Shown here piece by piece: positions 27,753-37,448 of a stretch of 43,786 nt of DNA. Under the pieces are notes generated by a model. That model was not told where the DNA came from. It saw nothing but the letters and a program-made list of their open reading frames with translations, and ran no database searches. Each line of letters starts with the position of its first letter. The first letter of the stretch is position 1. A program made the position numbers and the translations under genes. Source of the stretch: an uncultured Clostridia bacterium (GTDB lineage: Bacteria; Bacillota; Clostridia; Lachnospirales; Lachnospiraceae); contig CAMUJB010000007.1 in NCBI GenBank assembly GCA_947089095.1, positions 1 through 43,786 of the forward strand, written 5' to 3'.

Positions 27753-29075
27753 CTATTTCTTCTTACGATTTGCCATTACAGTGGCACGCATCTGTGCAAA
27801 TGCCTGCGTCAAGTTTCTTTTGGCAGGGCATACAAAGGTACAGCTTCCACATTCACAACATTCCATTCCATTTAACTTTTCAAACTGCTCCGCTTCTCCG
27901 TGCACTGCCACATCATAAAGCATCTGAGGCACGATATGCCCCGGGCAGACAGAAACACAGCGTCCGCAGCGGATGCAGGCACTTGGTTCCATAGCAGAAA
28001 CTTCATCCTTTGTCAAAGCCAGCAGTGCAGTAGAATTCTTTGTCACCGGCACATCCAGCCGAAACATTGCCTTCCCCATCATCGGACCGCCGTTAATAAT
28101 CTTTTCCGGCTCACAAGTCAGTCCTCCTGCTGCATCTAAAAGTTCCTGATAGCAGATTCCGGTCGGTACAATAAAATTCTGAGGGTCTTTTACTGCATTT
28201 CCTGTCACCGTAATAATTCTTCTCATTAAAGGAGTCGATTCACATACTGCCATCTGAATGGCTGCTGCCGTATCCACATTGCTGACGACACAGCCTGCAT
28301 CAGCCGGAAGCATAGAAGAATTAATCTTACGCCCGGTTACCGCATAAATTAAAAAACGCTCCCCACCTTGAGGATACTTTGTCTGCAGCGGACATACCTT
28401 AATTCTAGATTCCTGTGCTACCAATTTTTCGATCTTTGCAATCGCATCAGGCTTATTATTTTCAATCGCAATAATACCTTGTGCCCGTTCAAAAAGCTGC
28501 AGTTCTACTTTTAATCCTTCTATTACCCGCTCCGGCTGTTCTAAAAGCATCCGGTAATCCGAAGTAAGATAAGGTTCACATTCTGCTCCATTGATAATGA
28601 CAAAATCAATTTTATTGTCATCTTTTGGAGTAAGTTTTACATTAGTAGGAAACCCGGCACCGCCAAGTCCGACAATCCCAGCTTCTTTTACAATTCCTCG
28701 AATCTGTTCTTTTGAAAGTTTTCGATAATCCCGTTTTTCGCCTACTCCTGGTGCCTTTGTATATTGTTCATCATTTTCTATTACAATACAAAGTGCCGTA
28801 TTTCCATTTGCCAAAACCCGATTTTCAATTTTCTTTACCTTACCGGATACCGAAGCGACTACCGGTGCCGATATAAATCCCCCTGCTTCAGCAATCTTCT
28901 GCCCTGCCTGCACCAAATCCCCCACTGCTACATTAGGAACAGCAGGTGCACCGATATGCTGCGATACCGGATAAACTAATTCTTTTCCTGGCTTCAATTC
29001 CCGCATGGGTTTATCTTTCGATAACTCTTTTCCCTCTGCCGGATGAATTCCGCCCTTAAATGTTGCTAATTCCAT
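27753..29075 (-). CDS. rnfC: Rnf complex subunit C (NADH-binding, 2x 4Fe-4S)
   Basis: GAGFPTNVKL motif and two ferredoxin-type clusters, CIRCGRCVSVCP and CCECGSCTFVCP. Confidence 0.9.
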   Translation of the reverse strand: MELATFKGGIHPAEGKELSKDKPMRELKPGKELVYPVSQHIGAPAVPNVAVGDLVQAGQKIAEAGGFISAPVVASVSGKVKKIENRVLANGNTALCIVIENDEQYTKAPGVGEKRDYRKLSKEQIRGIVKEAGIVGLGGAGFPTNVKLTPKDDNKIDFVIINGAECEPYLTSDYRMLLEQPERVIEGLKVELQLFERAQGIIAIENNKPDAIAKIEKLVAQESRIKVCPLQTKYPQGGERFLIYAVTGRKINSSMLPADAGCVVSNVDTAAAIQMAVCESTPLMRRIITVTGNAVKDPQNFIVPTGICYQELLDAAGGLTCEPEKIINGGPMMGKAMFRLDVPVTKNSTALLALTKDEVSAMEPSACIRCGRCVSVCPGHIVPQMLYDVAVHGEAEQFEKLNGMECCECGSCTFVCPAKRNLTQAFAQMRATVMANRKKK

Positions 29076-29388
29076 GAACGTCCTCTCTTTCCATTGATAT
29101 ACTGTACTTTATCTAACTATAATCCAAAATAAAAATTAATGCAAGTCATAAGTTGACATCTTTTGATAAAAGCAAATAAAATAATCCCTTTTTTTCTTGA
29201 AAATATAGAAAAAAACACCAATAAATCCCAAGAAAATAAAATTTAACAGGATTTATAAGTGTTTAAAACTACTAAAATTTTTATAGAATATCTGCCAAAA
29301 AAGGAAAAATCTACAAATCCTATTTGGTTAAATTTACTGTCTATTTTATATACTTATTCCTATTGTATTTATAGCTATCCCGTACGCC

Positions 29389-29522
29389 TGTATCGAAGGA
29401 GGTTTCTTTGCTGGGGCCGTTTGCACTAAGGCTTCCTCGCAGCGGACACATAAGGCACGAAAATACCGTGCCTAAGTGCCGGCGGGAAGCAATACCCCTG
29501 CAAAGAAACCTCCTTCGATACA
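29389..29522. repeat. Palindromic structured element D1 (134 nt) with a 22-bp perfect closing stem and internal sub-hairpins
   Basis: gtatcgaaggaggtttctttgc ... gcaaagaaacctccttcgatac. Internal hairpin ggcacg-aaaatac-cgtgcc. D2, 380 nt away, is its inverted copy. Confidence 0.6.
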
Positions 29523-29611
29523 AGCTGTCTGTTCCTTCCTATTCATTTTGCACCATTTCTGCTGTATAAAATTTATCCATATTTTCAACTAAACGATTCG
29601 CCTTAATATTC

Positions 29612-29662
29612 TTTTCTAATTTAAAACGTTTTTTTTATTTTCTAATTTAAAACGTTTTTTTA
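29612..29662. repeat. Tandem duplication of a 25-nt AT-rich unit containing the palindrome AAAACGTTTT, between D1 and D2
   Basis: ttttctaatttaaaacgttttttt appears twice in tandem. Confidence 0.6.
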
Positions 29663-29768
29663 ATATCAAATCAATAGCATAAGCATATCTCTACTCTATA
29701 TCTATTCACCGTTTATTAAGAATACAAAATCAAAACAGGATTTATCTGCCAACCGGTCGGTATATACA

Positions 29769-29909
29769 GTAGGTATGGAAAGGGAATTCTCTGCAGGGGT
29801 ATTGCTTTCCGCCGGCACTTAGGTGCTGTCTTTTAGCACCTTATGTGTCCGCTGCGAAAAAGCCTTAGTGCAAACGGCCCCAGCAGGGAATTTCCCTTTC
29901 CATACCTGC
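29769..29909. repeat. Palindromic structured element D2, an inverted diverged copy of D1 with compensatory stem substitutions
   Basis: aggtatggaaagggaattc ... gaatttccctttccatacct closing stem. The internal hairpin ggtgct-gtctttt-agcacc differs from the D1 hairpin ggcacg/cgtgcc at 2 positions on both strands, so pairing is preserved. It lies 50 nt downstream of the pnp stop. Confidence 0.6.
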
Positions 29910-29958
29910 GTCCGCCCCGAAACTCCCTTCCTATACAACCATCTTGCTTTTCTTTTCT

Positions 29959-32043
29959 CTACCGAACATCCTTTATACTAAAACTAATTCGCCCCATCTT
30001 ATCCTTCCCAAGGCAAACTACCTTTACAATATCTCCCAAAGTAAGCACATCTTCCACATGTTCAATCCGTTCCTTAGAAATCTTAGAAATATGCACCATT
30101 CCTTCTTTTCCAGGGGCAAACTCTAAAAAGGCTCCGAATTCCTTAATGCTGATTACTTTCCCGGTATAATACTTTCCTTCTTCAAAATCCGAAGCAATCA
30201 TCTGGATATATTCTACTGCTTTTTCCATCTTCGCCCGATCCGTTCCGCAGACAGAAACAGCTCCCTCATCTGTGATATCAATTTTTACATCGGTTTCTGT
30301 AATAATCGCATTGATGGTTTTTCCCTTTGGTCCGACTACATCTCCTATTTTAGCCGGATCAATCATAACCTGTATAATTTTCGGTGCATATATCCCTACC
30401 TCTTTGCGGGGTTCTGCAATCGCAGGTTTCATACAATGCTCCATAATATATAACCTTGCTTCTCGGCAGCGTGCAATCGCTCCCTCTACAATCTCTCTTG
30501 TCAGACCATGTATTTTAATGTCCATTTGGATTGCGGTTATTCCAGCATCTGTACCAGTTACTTTAAAGTCCATATCGCCGAAAAAGTCTTCCAGCCCCTG
30601 AATATCTGTTAATAAAAGATATTCTTCATCTGTTTCGCCTGTTACCAATCCGCAGGAAATGCCGGCTACCATTTTCTTGATTGGCACGCCTGCTGCCATA
30701 AGGGACATACAAGAAGCACAGGTGGATGCCATAGAAGTAGAACCATTGGATTCAAATGTCTCCGAAACAGTACGAATCGCATATGGGAATTCTTCTTCGG
30801 AAGGAAGTACTGGTACTAAAGCCCGTTCAGCAAGTGCACCATGTCCGATTTCTCTTCGTCCCGGACCTCTGGAGACTTTTGTCTCTCCTACAGAATAGGA
30901 CGGGAAATTGTAGTGATGCATATAGCGTTTGGAGGTTTCATTGACATCTAATCCGTCTAGTTTCTGTGCTTCAGAAAGTGGTGCTAAAGTACATACATTG
31001 CAGATCTGGGTCTGTCCTCTGGTAAACATAGCAGAACCATGTACTCTTGGAATAATATCTATTTCTGCAGCAAGCGGACGAATCTGGGTGATTTCTCTGC
31101 CGTCTGGACGTTTTTGATCTTTTAAAATCATCTTTCGAACGGTCTTTTTTTCATATTGATAGACTGCTTCATCTATCAGAGGAAGCCATTCTTCTTTTTC
31201 TGCAAATGTTTCTAACAGGTTGTCTTTTAACAAGCGGATTCGCTCTTCTCTGACCTGTTTTTGTTCTGCAAACATGACTTTTTCCATTTCTTCCGGGGGT
31301 ACAATTTCTTTAATGGCAGTGAATAATTCTTCCGGTATGGCACAACTGGTATACTCATGTTTTGCTTTTCCACACTCTGCTACAATGCTGTCAATAAATG
31401 CAATTACTTGCTGATTGACTGCATGGGCAGTATAAATAGCCTCTATCATCTGTGCTTCTGGTACTTCATTGGCTCCTGCCTCTATCATAATGACTTTTTC
31501 TCTGGTGGAAGCAACCGTTAATTTTAAATCGGAAATGGTGTTTTGTTCTGCATTTGGATTGAGCACAAATTTCCCGTCAATTAATCCAACCTGTGTGGTT
31601 GCACATGGACCGTCAAACGGAATATCGGAAATCGCTACTGCAATAGCAGAACCTAACATAGCCGTTAATTCCGGGCTGCACTCTGGATCAACCGACATAA
31701 CCATATTGTTGATTGTTACATCATTTCTATAGTCTTTTGGAAATAATGGACGCATAGGACGGTCAATTACACGGGAGGTTAGAATTGCATTTTCGGATGC
31801 TTTTCCCTCTCTTCGATTAAAACCCCCTGGAATTTTTCCTACTGCATATAATTTTTCTTCATATTCTACACTAAGCGGGAAAAAATCAATTCCCTCTCTT
31901 GGTTTTTCGGATGCAGTTGCTGTAGATAATACTGTGGTATCTCCATAGTGCATAAATGCAGCACCATTCGCCTGAGCTGCTACACGTCCTATGTCTACCC
32001 GCAGCGTCCTTCCAGCTAATTCCATCTCAAAACTTTTATACAT
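29959..32043 (-). CDS. pnp: Polyribonucleotide nucleotidyltransferase (PNPase)
   Basis: Two RNase-PH domains, a KH domain and a C-terminal S1 domain (GKVISIKEFGAFLEF). Start taken at MYKSFEMEL, where GGAGG lies 5 nt upstream. The ORF track begins 4 codons earlier. Confidence 0.95.
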   Translation of the reverse strand: MYKSFEMELAGRTLRVDIGRVAAQANGAAFMHYGDTTVLSTATASEKPREGIDFFPLSVEYEEKLYAVGKIPGGFNRREGKASENAILTSRVIDRPMRPLFPKDYRNDVTINNMVMSVDPECSPELTAMLGSAIAVAISDIPFDGPCATTQVGLIDGKFVLNPNAEQNTISDLKLTVASTREKVIMIEAGANEVPEAQMIEAIYTAHAVNQQVIAFIDSIVAECGKAKHEYTSCAIPEELFTAIKEIVPPEEMEKVMFAEQKQVREERIRLLKDNLLETFAEKEEWLPLIDEAVYQYEKKTVRKMILKDQKRPDGREITQIRPLAAEIDIIPRVHGSAMFTRGQTQICNVCTLAPLSEAQKLDGLDVNETSKRYMHHYNFPSYSVGETKVSRGPGRREIGHGALAERALVPVLPSEEEFPYAIRTVSETFESNGSTSMASTCASCMSLMAAGVPIKKMVAGISCGLVTGETDEEYLLLTDIQGLEDFFGDMDFKVTGTDAGITAIQMDIKIHGLTREIVEGAIARCREARLYIMEHCMKPAIAEPRKEVGIYAPKIIQVMIDPAKIGDVVGPKGKTINAIITETDVKIDITDEGAVSVCGTDRAKMEKAVEYIQMIASDFEEGKYYTGKVISIKEFGAFLEFAPGKEGMVHISKISKERIEHVEDVLTLGDIVKVVCLGKDKMGRISFSIKDVR

Positions 32044-32284
32044 CGTTTCCTCCATTCTCCGCTGTCTGCGGAATCTTATTTTCTTAATTTTCTAATCTGT
32101 CTGTCCCGCCGGAGAGTTCCGAAACTACTGAAAAATACAGAAAATAGGACTATTTCGTTATTTCTTATTAGATGTTTATTTGTTTATTTCTTTATTTCTT
32201 TTTTCTGTCCTTTTCAGTGGTCTCGGCTAACTTTTTTCCTTTGGGAGTCTTTTGTTTTTTCCTAATTTTCTTTTCCAATTTTCT

Positions 32285-32316
32285 TTCACAAATATAGGGC
32301 GGATTACTCCGCCCCA
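32285..32316 (-). terminator. rpsO terminator/attenuator hairpin in the rpsO-pnp leader
   Basis: Minus strand ggggcggagtaatccgcccta followed by tatatttgtg. The arrangement is the classic rpsO-terminator-pnp-leader. Confidence 0.45.
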
Positions 32317-32358
32317 TAAAACGACAGACACCCAGAATCCTGCATGCCGCCGCTTTTC

Positions 32359-32625
32359 TTACTTTCTGATTCCTAACTTTTCAATTAATGCACGATAACC
32401 ATCCAGATTTGTCTTTTTTAAATAGTCCAATAATCCACGTCTCTGTCCAACCATCTGTAATAATCCGCGTCTGGAATGATGATCCTTTGGATTGTTCTTT
32501 AAATGTTCGGTTAATTCATTGATTCGAAATGTTAAAATGGCAATCTGTACCTCTGGAGAACCTGTATCATTTGGTGTTCTTCCATAAGTTGCAATTAATT
32601 CGGCTTTCTTTTCCTTTGAAATCAT
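32359..32625 (-). CDS. rpsO: 30S ribosomal protein S15
   Basis: 88 aa, with [32 protein letters not shown] typical of S15. Confidence 0.95.
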   Translation of the reverse strand: MISKEKKAELIATYGRTPNDTGSPEVQIAILTFRINELTEHLKNNPKDHHSRRGLLQMVGQRRGLLDYLKKTNLDGYRALIEKLGIRK

Positions 32626-32757
32626 AATTCAGTATTCCTCCTAAAATTTTCTTATCCCCTCTACTAAGCACAGGTTGGAGCAGCCATATCCTGAGTAAAG
32701 GTTAAAATATCACAACAGTTAGAAGTATAACATAGGAAAAAGGCTTTGTCAATTTTT

Positions 32758-34932
32758 TTATTTGGAATACTCTGCTTTTCTCTCTATAATCCAGTCTTCT
32801 AGTTTCGGAGAGTTTGGATTGACTTGCTGCCAGGCAACAGAAACAGGCGGTGAACAATATCTGCAGCGGTTCATTGGAGTTAGTAAGGCTTGTTTTATCT
32901 GACAGAGTGTCAGATTCGGCTGATATAAATCAACCGCACCGTCACATGGAATTGCTTTTTGAAAGGTTTGATTAAAGTAAGGAGTTACAAACGGCAGAAA
33001 GCACGCCGCTATTTTTCCCTCATATAGATTATGACAGTGAGCCTGTAAGCATCGGAAAAATTGTTCTGTTTTATCATTATCTCCCGAAACATTCTGCTTC
33101 ATTGTAAAATTTTCCATTAAAGGCGAAACCCAATAAGATACCCCCTTTTTATTTAAAAATTCTTTGATTTCTTCTATTTTATCCTTCATTGGTGGATACC
33201 AAGAAATAGAAAAATAACCGTTTACTATCTTCATCAAATAAAATAGTTCATCTTCCATTTGCTTTAATAAAAGAGCATTGGTTACAACGGCTATTTTAGA
33301 ATCTGGATAAACTTCTTTTGTTAAAAGAAGAAATTTTTTTAATTCTTTATTTAATAAAGGTTCCCCGCCCATAATTCTGATTATTCCAATATCTTTGATA
33401 AATGATTTTAACTGAAAGAAATCTTTCTTAAACTGTTCATAATTGGTAGTTTTCTTTTTTTCTACCAATGGAGCATAATGCTCACATGCTTTACAATTTA
33501 AGTTACAATGATCTACAACATGATATTCCAGATAAGGTAAATAGGGACAATCTAAATAAGGCACCAGTAAATGTGATAATTCTTCTTTAGCATATTGATT
33601 TTGTTTTAATAAATTTCTTCCTATACAGTAGATATCATTAATATCCACCCCTGCCTGAATCAAATCGGTAATTAAAAAGGATTGTCCTATATAAGCAGCA
33701 GTTGGAATTACGATTGCTGCTACTTTTTGTTCCTTATATAGAGTGACAAACTTTTTTAATTCTATAACTGGTACGCCTTTTTGCATCGATACAAAAGGTT
33801 TTTCTACAACAAAATATGTAACTTCAAATTTATAATTATTGGGATCTAAATCCTGAAGATACATATTATATAAATTTTCAATTAAATTTTTCGCCGTTAT
33901 ACTATAATTTTCTGTTCCATATACTGCAATCTGAATCCTATCTTCCAATTTTTGTATGACATTTATTTCTTCTGAATTTCTAAATGGATTATGTTCTAAT
34001 AAAATAGAAAGGAAATCGCTTACTGCTTTTTCAAATTTCGATTTCTCTGCCCGAATAAAAGAACGATAATATTCAAAATCTGAAATATAGGTATCATATT
34101 CATTTACTAACTGTTCTATACAGGAACAAATTGCTGGTACATCTGCTATTGTACGTTTAAACTTATATTGATCCATAATCGGAATATCTTCATAGTAATC
34201 TGCACTTCCATTCCTGCCTGTTACAATGCAGCAACCGCTGATTGCTGCTTCCCTTGGCATCCGATCTTTGCCCGGATGATTTCCAAAATCAATATATACC
34301 CGACTTTCCAGCATAAGATGGGAAACCTCATCTGGTGACATTTGGGCAATTGGAATCCAATGCAGATTTGGCGAAAATGCTATCAATTTATTTGTAAAAT
34401 CAAGACCTTTTTTCGGATTATAAAGAACATTTAACTTACGTTTCGAAGAATCCAACAATACTTCTTCTGTAAAAAAATCTTCTCCCAAATAATCGGATAC
34501 CTCAAAAATCTGTTCTTCAGAAACGCCTGCTTTTTTTAAAAAATCTTTTGCATACATGGATTGTGTCATATGCAATATTGATTTATTTTTTTTAAAGCTA
34601 TACCATTTTTCAACAGGATTTGCTAAAAAATAATTGTCTACACTTTCCCACCATATAATAACAGAACATCTTCTAAATTGAGTTTCTGCCATAACAGCCA
34701 TCACTTCCGGCAAAACAATAACAGCATCCTTTTCATTATAAGTATTTACCAAAAAAGGATTTTTATATTTTTCATATTGTTCTGGAACGGGATGCCCCAT
34801 TTCAGGAGTATTATCTATATACAATAATTTTGCTATTCCAAAATGCTGTTTATTCAGTTCAAAAACAAGCTGTTGAAGCAGCTCTACTCCCCCGGTAGTA
34901 ACTCTTGGCGGGGAACAAACATAAATATTCAT
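32758..34932 (-). CDS. Glycosyltransferase-like N-terminal region fused to a radical SAM domain with a C-terminal Cys-rich (SPASM/twitch-like) region; flagellin-glycosylation-island enzyme
   Basis: rSAM motifs DHCNLNCKACEH (CxxxCxxC) and IMGGEPLL. C-terminal Cys clusters CLQAHCH ... CDGAVD ... CRYCSP. N-terminal GT-B-like segment EAAISGCCIVTGRNG. Start set at MNIYV (RBS aaaggag). Confidence 0.65.
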   Translation of the reverse strand: MNIYVCSPPRVTTGGVELLQQLVFELNKQHFGIAKLLYIDNTPEMGHPVPEQYEKYKNPFLVNTYNEKDAVIVLPEVMAVMAETQFRRCSVIIWWESVDNYFLANPVEKWYSFKKNKSILHMTQSMYAKDFLKKAGVSEEQIFEVSDYLGEDFFTEEVLLDSSKRKLNVLYNPKKGLDFTNKLIAFSPNLHWIPIAQMSPDEVSHLMLESRVYIDFGNHPGKDRMPREAAISGCCIVTGRNGSADYYEDIPIMDQYKFKRTIADVPAICSCIEQLVNEYDTYISDFEYYRSFIRAEKSKFEKAVSDFLSILLEHNPFRNSEEINVIQKLEDRIQIAVYGTENYSITAKNLIENLYNMYLQDLDPNNYKFEVTYFVVEKPFVSMQKGVPVIELKKFVTLYKEQKVAAIVIPTAAYIGQSFLITDLIQAGVDINDIYCIGRNLLKQNQYAKEELSHLLVPYLDCPYLPYLEYHVVDHCNLNCKACEHYAPLVEKKKTTNYEQFKKDFFQLKSFIKDIGIIRIMGGEPLLNKELKKFLLLTKEVYPDSKIAVVTNALLLKQMEDELFYLMKIVNGYFSISWYPPMKDKIEEIKEFLNKKGVSYWVSPLMENFTMKQNVSGDNDKTEQFFRCLQAHCHNLYEGKIAACFLPFVTPYFNQTFQKAIPCDGAVDLYQPNLTLCQIKQALLTPMNRCRYCSPPVSVAWQQVNPNSPKLEDWIIERKAEYSK

Positions 34933-34955
34933 CTTTTTCTCCTTTACTTTTCCTA

Positions 34956-36110
34956 TTACTTTTTCCATACCTCTAATATTGCAGCAATTCGATGCCAATA
35001 AGTATGTCCCTCTATCAGTTTCTGATATGCCGCCTCCTTTACACGTTCTCTTTCTTCTATATGATTTCCATATCGTACAATCGCACGTGAAAACTCTGCA
35101 GGATTTGTAAAATATACTAATGTTTCATCCCTCTTAAAAAAATAAGCATAATCCCTCTGAAACCCAACAATAGGAAAACCTCCTGCTGCTATTACTTCCA
35201 ACGTATCCCTTGGAATACCATTATGTAAAGTATGAGGTGCTAATACCAAAGTAAATTCTTTTCCGGCATAAATTTTCTTCCTCGCTATTTCATCTTCCAC
35301 CAAAGCCTTTTTTTTAGAATTACAATCTGGAAACTCTCCGTTAGAATAAATTGTCATAATGGAAGCAAAATTTTGTAAAAATATTTGCTGCTGTATTCTA
35401 GTACATACAGGTGCAAAATATCGATCTGCCACAAAAAGTTTCTGCATTTCTAAAAGAAGATTCTCTGGAAGGATATTTCCCTTTAAAAACTCCTGTTGTA
35501 CCCGAAGCAATAATCCATTTTCTAGAATATATGCCCCATATAATACCCTTTGTGCATGAATAAAAGCATCTAGATAACCTTTACTGTAAATGGACATTTC
35601 CTTTGTATTTAAAACATCCTCTGGGCATTTTGCAAGAAAGCATACTTCTCTTTCCATAGGCACAATTTCTCGTACACTATCTACTTCTACAGCATCAGGC
35701 AGAAAAAAGGCATTTGTAATTCCTAATTGCCATAGTTTTTCTACCAAATAACTATCACATACAAAAAAATAATTATATCCATTCCGCACAGAAGCTGTAT
35801 ATAAATCAAAATTAGGAAGCTGTAAGATCCAACTGCAATAAGGAATGGCTTCTCTTTGGCAAAAATCCGATATAAACGATAAAAAATTAACAGAAAACAC
35901 CATATCACTCGCTGCTGCTCGAATCTGCTCTTTCAAGGAAAGCAAAAGAGATTCCACTTTTTCTTTCTGTTGTATTTCCTGTTTTTCTTCCCAATTCTGT
36001 ATCAATTCATGTGAAAGCAGAATTGTATTTACCAAAATTCCCATCTCTTTCCATGCTTTTAGAATAGCTTTATCATAAGGATAGCCCCATATAAGATATG
36101 TTAGCTTCAT
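34956..36110 (-). CDS. CgeB-like (GT1-related, DUF3880-type) glycosyltransferase, paralog 1
   Basis: C-terminal GT-B half (LEVIAAGGFPIVGFQRDYAYFF...). Start set at MKLTYLIWGYPYDKAIL, parallel to the paralog N-terminus MKLFIYDWNFITKYDL. Confidence 0.55.
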   Translation of the reverse strand: MKLTYLIWGYPYDKAILKAWKEMGILVNTILLSHELIQNWEEKQEIQQKEKVESLLLSLKEQIRAAASDMVFSVNFLSFISDFCQREAIPYCSWILQLPNFDLYTASVRNGYNYFFVCDSYLVEKLWQLGITNAFFLPDAVEVDSVREIVPMEREVCFLAKCPEDVLNTKEMSIYSKGYLDAFIHAQRVLYGAYILENGLLLRVQQEFLKGNILPENLLLEMQKLFVADRYFAPVCTRIQQQIFLQNFASIMTIYSNGEFPDCNSKKKALVEDEIARKKIYAGKEFTLVLAPHTLHNGIPRDTLEVIAAGGFPIVGFQRDYAYFFKRDETLVYFTNPAEFSRAIVRYGNHIEERERVKEAAYQKLIEGHTYWHRIAAILEVWKK

Positions 36111-36133
36111 AATAATTCCTCGCTTATCTGTCT

Positions 36134-37339
36134 TTATTTTGATAACTTGTTTTTCAAACCTGAGAGTTCCCATATTCGATTTAATTGATGTTCATAACTA
36201 AACTTATCTTTGACAATTTTATAACCGTTTTGTCTAATCTTTTCTGCTTCCTTTTCATGACTTAGATAATATTTGCACTTATCTAATGCCTCTTCCATAG
36301 AACTATATATCAAAAGATCTTGTCCGTCTTTAAAATATTCATTTAAATCTTCTTGATAATTTGTCATTGCTAATGCATGACAGCCCATAATATCAATCAC
36401 TCGCTGAGGGATACCTCGGCGAATATTTCGCAATGTAATATTTAAATTTATTTTACTACACTTAAATACAAGCGGCATATCATATCTATAATCTACAGGT
36501 TCACATATCTTTACATTTGGAAGTTTCGGACTATTTATGGTAAACAACTTTACATGATAATATTTTGCCAATAGTGTAAGTAAAAGTATTCTCTCTTTAT
36601 TGGTTACTGCCTTTAAAAGAAAAGCAATCAATCCCCAACTTTTTACTTCTTCTACATCATGAAAAAAATTATGATTCAAATTTTTCAATAAAGCTTCTGT
36701 TACTTTTTGATTGCATAGACGTTTAATAAGATTTTCATTAATTAATTCTTGAATAAAATTCGTACCATAAACATTTAACTGTATATTAATCAGTGCTGCA
36801 ATATAGCCTGCACCATACTCATCAAACAGGGGAAACATTTTATCCATATCTGATTGATAAAGCTGCCCAACAAAAGAAATATCTGCATGATATTTCATCC
36901 TTCCCATAGGAGTAGGTTTCATTTGACTTAAACGTCTAGCATCAGCTGCCAAAGGTAAATAATAAAAAATATTTTTTACTCCATGCTCCTGAAATTCCTC
37001 ATATTCCGAAGAATCAAATAAAAAAATACGATTGGTGTCAAAAAAATGAGTTTCATTTGCTATGCCTAAGGCTGGACTATCATATGTCCAACAAATATAA
37101 AGTATATTTCTTGCATGTGCTGCCTCTGCCAACTCCAAAAAAAAATTAATAGAAAAAATTGCATCATATTTTTTATTATCTAAGGCTTTTTCCAAATCCT
37201 TCCGAAACTGCTTACTTTGTGAATTTACTCTAGGATTTGACTTTGAATTAAATAAATCATATTCAATCCCCTGTTTCTGCATTGCTCTATACAAATCATA
37301 CTTTGTAATAAAATTCCAATCATAAATAAATAGCTTCAT
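36134..37339 (-). CDS. CgeB-like glycosyltransferase, paralog 2
   Basis: Same architecture as the neighbouring gene (GIPQRVIDIMGCHALAMTNYQEDLNEYFKDGQDLLIYSS). Typical of flagellin glycosylation islands in Firmicutes. Confidence 0.55.
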   Translation of the reverse strand: MKLFIYDWNFITKYDLYRAMQKQGIEYDLFNSKSNPRVNSQSKQFRKDLEKALDNKKYDAIFSINFFLELAEAAHARNILYICWTYDSPALGIANETHFFDTNRIFLFDSSEYEEFQEHGVKNIFYYLPLAADARRLSQMKPTPMGRMKYHADISFVGQLYQSDMDKMFPLFDEYGAGYIAALINIQLNVYGTNFIQELINENLIKRLCNQKVTEALLKNLNHNFFHDVEEVKSWGLIAFLLKAVTNKERILLLTLLAKYYHVKLFTINSPKLPNVKICEPVDYRYDMPLVFKCSKINLNITLRNIRRGIPQRVIDIMGCHALAMTNYQEDLNEYFKDGQDLLIYSSMEEALDKCKYYLSHEKEAEKIRQNGYKIVKDKFSYEHQLNRIWELSGLKNKLSK

Positions 37340-37349
37340 ACTATACTCC

Positions 37350-37400
37350 TACAAAATAAAGAATAAATAACAATAGGCGGTGTAAAAACCGCACCGCCTA
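37350..37400 (-). terminator. Rho-independent terminator downstream of flagellin
   Basis: Minus strand ataggcggtgcggtttttacaccgcctat followed by tgttatttattctttattttg. Confidence 0.5.
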
Positions 37401-37448
37401 TAGATATTCATACCATTTAATCTAATCTGTTTTTTACAACAATTACTA

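Noticed and set aside
29341-29523. ORFs 29341..29523 (-) and 29843..30169 (+) sharing MCPLR.SLSANGPS
   Set aside because: These are translations of the inverted D1/D2 repeat copies. The second overlaps the 3' end of pnp on the opposite strand.
32056-32358. Possible riboswitch or T-box in the 300-nt rpsO-pnp spacer
   Set aside because: No T-box or known riboswitch consensus is recognisable. The hairpin plus A-rich leader fits the well-known rpsO terminator and pnp autoregulatory leader.
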